A DNA stretch of 64,000 nucleotides, from positions 1 through 64,000 of IMG/VR virus record IMGVR_UViG_3300021963_000037. One strand, written 5' to 3'. How positions within the stretch are numbered: the stretch's first letter is position 1; each line of letters starts with the position of its first letter. The DNA is from a virus. The position numbers were made by a program, and so were the translations under genes. Below the pieces are notes generated by a model. It saw only the letters and a program-made list of their open reading frames with translations. It did not search any database and was not told the origin of the DNA. Below, one piece after another: positions 56,998-64,000 of this stretch.

Positions 56998-59900
56998 ATG
57001 AGCGCAAATAACTCGATATCAAAACTTCTAGAGCAGTTTATCGAACTGTACAACAACTCTTTAGCGACATTTGAAAAAACAAATGAAGCAATAACTACAG
57101 ATAAAGAAACTGTAACTATTGATTTGTATGACCCTACAACTGGTGCAACAAGCACTAAGTCGGTTCCTTCATTCGGATATTTAATGAGTGAAGTTAAAAG
57201 ATTGAGTAATAACGTTTCAACATTGACTGGTGCAAATGATGCATCATCTAATGTTAGACTTGCTGATGGTAGTTTTAGAAAAGTTTACACAAGTAAATTA
57301 AAAGGACCTGCTCCAACAATCAATTCAATCTCTGCACCAACTGGATTTGAAACTAAAGAAAACGAATTCTTTGAAGATTTCTTAAATCCATTACTTAAAG
57401 TTAAATTTGATTTAACTGGTCAGATTCCTGTAAATACAGAACAAGCTTATATCGAAAGATATGTTTTTAAAGGAGATGATGCTGCATCAGTTTCAGCATT
57501 TGATACTCTTTATAAAAACAATAGCGAAATTAATTACGATACATTTAAAACTGAGTTATCTAATAATGGTTACAAATACTTCTTGGACAAACAAGTTGTT
57601 GATATGCCAGTTAGATCAGTTCAGTATTATGGTTATTTTGATGTTATTTCAGTTGATAATGCTGAAGTAACAAGAATAGTCGACGGTGTATCTCAAACTA
57701 AAACAGTACGTTTATTTACTTTAAATAAGTTAACATATACAGATTCTAGTAAAGCCCTGAAGGAAACAGAAACAATCAAGGTTGGAGATTCTGTTGTTGT
57801 AAACACTGGTAAATTCTCAACAAGATATAAAATAGATGCAATCAATACTGACACTCTTCAAGTTGAACTTTCATTAATTGAAGGTTTTGAAGCTATTAAA
57901 GTTGGTGCTAATGCTCTTTCAGTATACAAAGATGTTGACACAGAAGTTGCATTAGAAATTAATGTATCTTTTGATGAAAGACAAATCATCTTTGCTAAAG
58001 CAGTTGATCCTGATTCAAAGGTTCAATCTGAGTTATTCTCTCCAGGAGCTGGATTCTATTCAAACGAATTACAAATTTTATTAACATCAGGAGTTACAAT
58101 GACTCTTGCTGAATATTATAAAAAAGAGGTTGCTGACTTTGGACAATTTATTAAGAGTCTTAAAGTTGATTCAATTCCGCCAGCATCGGTTGGAATTGTT
58201 CCAAATCAACCTGTCCTAGATACAACAAACTTTAAAGTTGTGCAAATTAATAAGCACTTAACTGATAATGATGCTACTTCTAAAATTGTTAAACTTAAAT
58301 CTGAAAAAGCAACAATTGAACAAAATATCAAGAAGATTGATAGTTCATTAGGAGCAACAAGATCCCTAGTTAACACTAAGAAATATGCTTCTAAAGTTGA
58401 AGCAGATAAAGACAAATCTCAATTAAATACGCTACTCTCTTCTAGAAAAGCTGAGGCCGACGCATACTCTTCTGTTGTAACAGAAATTGCAACTCTTGCA
58501 TCATCAAATAATTTAGCTAACGTTAGTCCTAAATATAGAGTAAGAGGATTTTGGTCTCTTCCAGAAGCAAAAGTTCTTAACGACTCTGCACCACAAGAAG
58601 TAGTACAATTTAAAATTAGATATAGATACCAATCAACAAATGGTTCTACAAGTCAAGTTGACCAAATTAAATTCCAAGACGGAACCACTGCAAAAACTGC
58701 AGCATTCTCAAACTGGGTTGAAGTTCCAGGTCCAATTAGAAAAAGACTTTTAGATCCATCAACTGGAAAATATTATTGGAAAGTAGAGAATGAGGAAGAT
58801 TCACAAGAAATCAACTTCAACTCATTAGATATTTCGATCCAACCTGGCGAAATTGTTGAGGTTATGATTAAATCAGTTTCTGAAGCTGGTTTCCCATCAA
58901 CTCCAGTAGAATCAGATTGGTCTTCAATTATCAGTATTCCATTCCCAGAAGGAGAAATTCCTGTTGAAAATTTAACTGATATTGTTAAAGAAAATAGTTT
59001 AGAAACTATTAGAGTTAAAATTAATAATGACTTAACCGCAACTGGAGTTTATTCTCACGTTGCAGATTCATTTAATGTTAATGACAAATATTTTGCGCAT
59101 ACTGCACAAGCTATTGCTTCTGGTTTCTTAACAGCTGAACAGAATCCAGTTACAGTATATGATAAATTAATTGAAATGCAACAAGAGATCGAAAGATTAA
59201 CTGCTAAATTAGCTGGTACTCTTGGAGAACTTCAAGTTTATATTGAAGATGAAGATGGTAATATCACTACAGTATCTAATAATAGCACAGTAAAATTATT
59301 TGCTGGTTATTATGTTGATGAAGTTAATGCTTTATCTGGAACTAAGAAAGGTGCTATTATTACTAAAGTATTTAAATTAAAACTTGCAAACTCTAAAGCA
59401 TCTCAATTAGAATTAATTTCTAGACTTGTTGGAGATTACGATACTCCTGCACATGTTTCAACAACTCTTACTGAATTCGGTAGAGGTAATGGAACAATTG
59501 ATACCGCAATTGCATCAGATACTTATTATACAAACGAAGGTCGTTATGACTTAGTTCCTATTCAATATCAAAATGCACCTAGTATAAATGCATCAACTCC
59601 TTGGTTTGGTCAAATTCCATTCCAATCTTCTCAGATGAAAGGACAATTCGTTTATTCTAGATTTAAGAATATTGCAAATGATGATTCATTATATGTTACT
59701 TCACCTGTAGATACTGGCACTAGTTTTGTAACTTCTGGTATTGATGACCATGAATTTGGTTTATCATACAACATGACTTATGGATCAGGAAATACACCTG
59801 TTGAAGGAACAGATAGAAATTACAATGGTGCATCTGGAATTCCATATACTACTACAACCGGTTCAAATGACTTTATTTGGTCTGGTGGTTATAACGCTTT

Positions 59901-60669
59901 AGTTCCATTAACAACTGCGTTAGATGGTGTTTCTGGTACTCCAACCTCAGCATTATATGACAATGGTTTATTTTTACATAAATCACATCCTATATTAAAT
60001 CAAGTTAATTTAGCAAATCAATTTGATATTCCTGAATTACAATCTTCTGGAGTTATTGGTATTCCAAAAACTGCAACTAGAAGAGTTAACATGGACAATG
60101 GTCTAAAACAAACACCATATAGAATTGCATCTTGGAGAAACTATGCTAATACATTAGTTAGTCGTCCAGTTAAAATGTCTTTTGATGCAAATGATGTTTA
60201 TTTATTAGGTGGTCGTTCATGTGGATCTTTCCTATTTGTTGCACCACTAGAACAAAAATCTTTATTAGTTGATTCTAAAAATAAATTTGGAGTAGCTAAA
60301 GTAGATTCAGGAGCTTCTAAAGCACTTTCAATCGATCTTATATTCCAATACAGAATGACTGATTATTATGGAGATGCTAATAGCGTTGGTCGAGTAGGAG
60401 GTATTGTTACAACTTCTCTTTCTAATATAACATATAGTAAGAAAATTGGTATCGATGTTTTAGATGCTAATAAAAACGAATTCCAATTCGACGTAGAAGT
60501 TTACTCAAAATATAAAACTGAAGGATCTTCGGTAACTAACATAACCAAATCAATGCTGACGAACTTTAACTCAGGTGGAGGCGGTGGAGGTTACTACCAC
60601 AGATGGTTAGAAAGAGATAATTTATCTCAACCTTCAGAATTTACGTTCTACACGAACTATCTTCAATAA
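56998..60669 (+). CDS. large putative structural protein
   Basis: 1223-aa ORF with coiled-coil segments. Confidence 0.55.
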   Translation: MSANNSISKLLEQFIELYNNSLATFEKTNEAITTDKETVTIDLYDPTTGATSTKSVPSFGYLMSEVKRLSNNVSTLTGANDASSNVRLADGSFRKVYTSKLKGPAPTINSISAPTGFETKENEFFEDFLNPLLKVKFDLTGQIPVNTEQAYIERYVFKGDDAASVSAFDTLYKNNSEINYDTFKTELSNNGYKYFLDKQVVDMPVRSVQYYGYFDVISVDNAEVTRIVDGVSQTKTVRLFTLNKLTYTDSSKALKETETIKVGDSVVVNTGKFSTRYKIDAINTDTLQVELSLIEGFEAIKVGANALSVYKDVDTEVALEINVSFDERQIIFAKAVDPDSKVQSELFSPGAGFYSNELQILLTSGVTMTLAEYYKKEVADFGQFIKSLKVDSIPPASVGIVPNQPVLDTTNFKVVQINKHLTDNDATSKIVKLKSEKATIEQNIKKIDSSLGATRSLVNTKKYASKVEADKDKSQLNTLLSSRKAEADAYSSVVTEIATLASSNNLANVSPKYRVRGFWSLPEAKVLNDSAPQEVVQFKIRYRYQSTNGSTSQVDQIKFQDGTTAKTAAFSNWVEVPGPIRKRLLDPSTGKYYWKVENEEDSQEINFNSLDISIQPGEIVEVMIKSVSEAGFPSTPVESDWSSIISIPFPEGEIPVENLTDIVKENSLETIRVKINNDLTATGVYSHVADSFNVNDKYFAHTAQAIASGFLTAEQNPVTVYDKLIEMQQEIERLTAKLAGTLGELQVYIEDEDGNITTVSNNSTVKLFAGYYVDEVNALSGTKKGAIITKVFKLKLANSKASQLELISRLVGDYDTPAHVSTTLTEFGRGNGTIDTAIASDTYYTNEGRYDLVPIQYQNAPSINASTPWFGQIPFQSSQMKGQFVYSRFKNIANDDSLYVTSPVDTGTSFVTSGIDDHEFGLSYNMTYGSGNTPVEGTDRNYNGASGIPYTTTTGSNDFIWSGGYNALVPLTTALDGVSGTPTSALYDNGLFLHKSHPILNQVNLANQFDIPELQSSGVIGIPKTATRRVNMDNGLKQTPYRIASWRNYANTLVSRPVKMSFDANDVYLLGGRSCGSFLFVAPLEQKSLLVDSKNKFGVAKVDSGASKALSIDLIFQYRMTDYYGDANSVGRVGGIVTTSLSNITYSKKIGIDVLDANKNEFQFDVEVYSKYKTEGSSVTNITKSMLTNFNSGGGGGGYYHRWLERDNLSQPSEFTFYTNYLQ

Positions 60670-60679
60670 GCAATTACAA

Positions 60680-60738
60680 TAAGCCTTCTTTTTGATTCGA
60701 ATATATACCTTATAGAATTAGAACAAAAAGAAGGCTTA
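60680..60738 (+). promoter_or_regulatory. 15-bp inverted repeat flanking a late motif just upstream of the start codon
   Basis: TAAGCCTTCTTTTTG...AATATATA(60700)...CAAAAAGAAGGCTTA; ATG at 60743. Confidence 0.7.
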
Positions 60739-60742
60739 CTGA

Positions 60743-63700
60743 ATGGCTATTCAAATTAATCTCGACGCAACGAACAACAATATAGACGATTTATCATTCG
60801 GTCTATTAAGAACAAATCCTGCTCTGTCAACTAACGCAAAGTTAGTTGTTGATAGTGACGGGTATATTTTCATGGATGCTTTTTTAGCAGATAGTGAACT
60901 TGTAAAAACAGGGTATAGAAAGAATCCTATTAACCCAGACTCTGGAAATTATTCAAATGATGTTGCTAAGTTCTTCGGTTCTCTAGCAAATAATATAAAG
61001 TATAAAACTGGAAGAGTTTCTTCTGATGTTAACGTATATACTGATTATGCATTTCAATATGAAACACAGTATAGTTATGGAGCATCTTTCAACAACTCTA
61101 AAATTTACAAAGAGCAATATAAATTCTTTGCTCCTATTTGGTTAGATAAAATCATGCCGACTAACTTTGTAATTTACAGAGTTAATGGAACTGTATATTC
61201 TGAAAACTATGCAGAAACAATCAATGGACAAAATGGTCGTATTTTAGAATTGCTAAGAAATGCGACTCTTGTTAAATCATTTGACTTAACTGAAAATTCA
61301 TCAATTGGTAGATATTTAAGACGACATGTAAATGATGAAAAGTTCCCAACATCACCTATTTCTCAAAACTTTGAAAGAGACCAATATTCTATTTTTAGAG
61401 GTATTGATACTGTAAAAGGTGGTTTTGTTGAGAAAAAAGAAAATCTACATGAAGATTTTACGAATCATGATAACTTAGAAATTTTTAGCAATGAAGTATT
61501 CTCTTCTGCTTTTGAAAGAACTGGAGTTGCGGTTGCTAATTTAATTAACTTAGAATTTTTATTTGATGATTTCCAAGCGGACAATTATGACATATACAGA
61601 TATTTTGGAGTTTATGTAACTCCGCATAAAGAAGGCTACTTTGATGTTGATCGAGTAGTTAACAATGATACTAGAGAAGGAATATTTGTTGATAGAGCAA
61701 GCGCTGTTAGTACACTGGACCGAACTGGAACAACACTAACACATCTTGATATGTTACCTAAGTATTCTGAACTATTGTTTCCATCATTGAATTGGGTTAA
61801 ATCTAGAGATGGCGAATATTTTCATATTAGAAATTCTGAATTATTTACTGAAACTGATTTTTTACCAGTTTCTTTAAATAAATCCGCAGAATCTGAATTT
61901 AAAGGAGCTACAAAAATAAACAACTTACAAATTGAAGATTTTTCAGTAAATTTACGAGATTTCTTAAAACTTGAAGTTGTTCAAACTCCATCAAATGGAG
62001 ACAAAATATTTATAGTTCCATATACTGAATTAAAGGCAGTTGGATTTAATGCTGCTGAATATACAATTGCTGCTGAAAATTCTTTAGCAGCCGGAACATT
62101 TACTGATAATAAGTTTTCAATTAATGGTACTCTAGTTGATGTTACTAGAGCTCTTGTTGGATGCTTATCACAATCTGAATATGGTTATAAAATATCATAC
62201 GAAGGTACTAAGATAATTTTAGAAGATTATGCAGTTGGTTCTACACGAAAATCAACAATGTTTGGAATTAGAAAGGCAAATATATCTGATTTCCTATTAG
62301 TTTCTGAAGGTTTATTAGAAGTGCCAACAAATACAAATTCAACTATCGTAACAAACTGGGATATTTACTATCCTTACGGTGGAGCAGTTGAAAACCGAGC
62401 AGTTCTTGTTAAAACTGAAAATAAAGGTGTAGTTTCTATTGGAGACTTGGTTAAATCTGCGGTTTCAGATTCTTATGTAAAAATAACTCAAATCGTCGAA
62501 GATCCAAAACAAGGTTTATGGAGAATTATCTTTGAAAAAGAGATTCAACTTCCAAATTCTAGAACAATTAATGTTTATCAAAAGTATCAAACTTCTTTTG
62601 GTAGATTCCAGATATTCGATCTTAAAGATTTTGATTTTGATTTTCATGATACTTCTAATTCTGATTTAGGAGAGCTAGGCACTGAAGCGTACATATTAAC
62701 ATCTCAACAATATGCTCAATATTCTCCATCATCAAATCCTGATATTTCAATACCTCAGGAAAACTATTATGCTAATTTGCTACCAGTCACTGTTGAAGAT
62801 GTTATTGATAGAAGATCAAAAGTAAATTCATTAGAAGATCCAGGACAGGTTACTTCGTTTATAACTAATGTTACTTCCGAATATAATAGACTTAATGAAA
62901 ATGAAATTAAAGAAACTGCTATTTTAAGTAGAGTAGTTCCAAGAATCAATAAGTTTGTACTTAAAGACGGATTTAATGCGAGAATGAAGCCCTATCACTT
63001 ATCTGTGAATGAATCATTTGGTATTAATAATCTATCGCCAAGCCTTAATGGTGATACTAGAAGTCCCGAACTTCTTAATATGGAACACTTCCATATTAAT
63101 AAAACACCATCGTTTGTTTTAGCAGATACTGGAAATTTATATAAAAATTCAAGCTATTTAGATTTTGGATTAGGTAGAATATTAAGTGCAGCGGATTTAA
63201 AGTCAACTACTTTTAACTATTTTGACAAATATTTTACTTGGAATGGAGGATATTCTGAAGCTGTGGTATTACAAAGTATCACGCAACGTCCAATTGGAGG
63301 TATTAATTTCCAAACTACATTTAATTTTAGTGGACCACTTTCCGTATCATCAAGAACGTATACAACAGGTACTTCTATTTTTAGAGTTGGTGGTACTCCA
63401 GCAATGTATGACGCTGATGTTACTATTCTAGCGGGCAGTAACAAAATGGTAACAGTCGGAACACATGGCACGAGTTCTATCAATTCATTTAAAGTAGGAG
63501 ATGTTGTTTATAGAAATTTAGATTCAAATGATGATCCAACCGGGTTATTCATTAAGAATAAAAGACAAAAAAGATATTCTAAATTTTCTGGTGGAAATTC
63601 AATAAATCAATATCCATCAACTATATTCAGAGGATTAAGATATACTTTAAAAAATAGGAAGGAAAGTACACTATCTCTTCCAAAGGAATTTATTGCATCA

Positions 63701-64000
63701 CCAGAAACAAACGGTTATAAGTTTGGATTTACAGTAAATTATACAGTTGCGGGTGATACAACAACTCCTACTTCTAAAGCAATAAGTGTTATTAAGAACG
63801 ATAAGTTTAAAAATGTTTGTATCTATGTTAATTTAACTTTACAAAACAATTTAGTAAAAGCTCTTCCTAGAAAAATATTCTATGAATTAGAAAATGCACT
63901 AAATTTAAGTGGAGATCCAGTAAATACAAATATCACCGGTACTCTTAATTTAAATGGAGCAAACTGGAATAACTTTGAATCTCAAAACTCTGGATTAACA
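60743..64000 (+). CDS. very large putative structural protein, truncated by the window end
   Basis: MAIQINLDAT...LLRTNPALSTNAKLVVDS; same frame at the window end; absent from the track, consistent with no stop inside the window. Confidence 0.8.
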   Translation, partial: MAIQINLDATNNNIDDLSFGLLRTNPALSTNAKLVVDSDGYIFMDAFLADSELVKTGYRKNPINPDSGNYSNDVAKFFGSLANNIKYKTGRVSSDVNVYTDYAFQYETQYSYGASFNNSKIYKEQYKFFAPIWLDKIMPTNFVIYRVNGTVYSENYAETINGQNGRILELLRNATLVKSFDLTENSSIGRYLRRHVNDEKFPTSPISQNFERDQYSIFRGIDTVKGGFVEKKENLHEDFTNHDNLEIFSNEVFSSAFERTGVAVANLINLEFLFDDFQADNYDIYRYFGVYVTPHKEGYFDVDRVVNNDTREGIFVDRASAVSTLDRTGTTLTHLDMLPKYSELLFPSLNWVKSRDGEYFHIRNSELFTETDFLPVSLNKSAESEFKGATKINNLQIEDFSVNLRDFLKLEVVQTPSNGDKIFIVPYTELKAVGFNAAEYTIAAENSLAAGTFTDNKFSINGTLVDVTRALVGCLSQSEYGYKISYEGTKIILEDYAVGSTRKSTMFGIRKANISDFLLVSEGLLEVPTNTNSTIVTNWDIYYPYGGAVENRAVLVKTENKGVVSIGDLVKSAVSDSYVKITQIVEDPKQGLWRIIFEKEIQLPNSRTINVYQKYQTSFGRFQIFDLKDFDFDFHDTSNSDLGELGTEAYILTSQQYAQYSPSSNPDISIPQENYYANLLPVTVEDVIDRRSKVNSLEDPGQVTSFITNVTSEYNRLNENEIKETAILSRVVPRINKFVLKDGFNARMKPYHLSVNESFGINNLSPSLNGDTRSPELLNMEHFHINKTPSFVLADTGNLYKNSSYLDFGLGRILSAADLKSTTFNYFDKYFTWNGGYSEAVVLQSITQRPIGGINFQTTFNFSGPLSVSSRTYTTGTSIFRVGGTPAMYDADVTILAGSNKMVTVGTHGTSSINSFKVGDVVYRNLDSNDDPTGLFIKNKRQKRYSKFSGGNSINQYPSTIFRGLRYTLKNRKESTLSLPKEFIASPETNGYKFGFTVNYTVAGDTTTPTSKAISVIKNDKFKNVCIYVNLTLQNNLVKALPRKIFYELENALNLSGDPVNTNITGTLNLNGANWNNFESQNSGLT

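Noticed and set aside
1804-63483. Short minus-strand and nested plus-strand ORFs in the track
   Set aside because: They overlap well-supported + strand genes and lack recognisable motifs
1-64000. Bacterial chromosome origin of the window, alternative genetic code, tRNA genes
   Set aside because: Host-like genes are interspersed with baseplate, spike and fibre genes in single-strand phage organisation; genes tile fully under code 11; no tRNA cloverleaf was recognised by eye

Overview
AT-rich, densely coded segment with all ~71 real genes on the + strand. It is best read as part of a jumbo/huge myovirus infecting Bacteroidota, based on a Bacteroidota-type bS21, A-rich Shine-Dalgarno-less starts and T4-like baseplate/neck genes. 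Layout: two small genes; a 1.2-kb GC-rich, repeat-laden non-coding island (610-1800); a KTSC / LOG / N-domain-less ClpC / dCMP-hydroxymethylase-like / ClpP block; and a fibre locus (coiled-coil and collagen-like fibres, S74 chaperone, Hint domain) with DUF2827, methyltransferase, glycosyltransferases and 2OG-Fe(II) oxygenases. Next come an ATP-grasp protein; a host-takeover/stress block (exonuclease, Hsp20, DnaJ, bS21, PhoH, RNase HII, UvsE, dCMP deaminase); and ~26 kb of baseplate/tail genes with bS1 and an amidoligase embedded. Most notable: (1) a candidate phage ClpCP system with four paralogous UVR-motif (FxxxEEYE[K/T]C) small proteins as possible adaptors; (2) three recurrent promoter classes plus a sigma54-type site; (3) late-promoter motifs that predict leaderless mRNAs or sit inside hairpins; (4) the unexplained GC-rich island. 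All functional calls come from motif recognition by eye; no searches were run.
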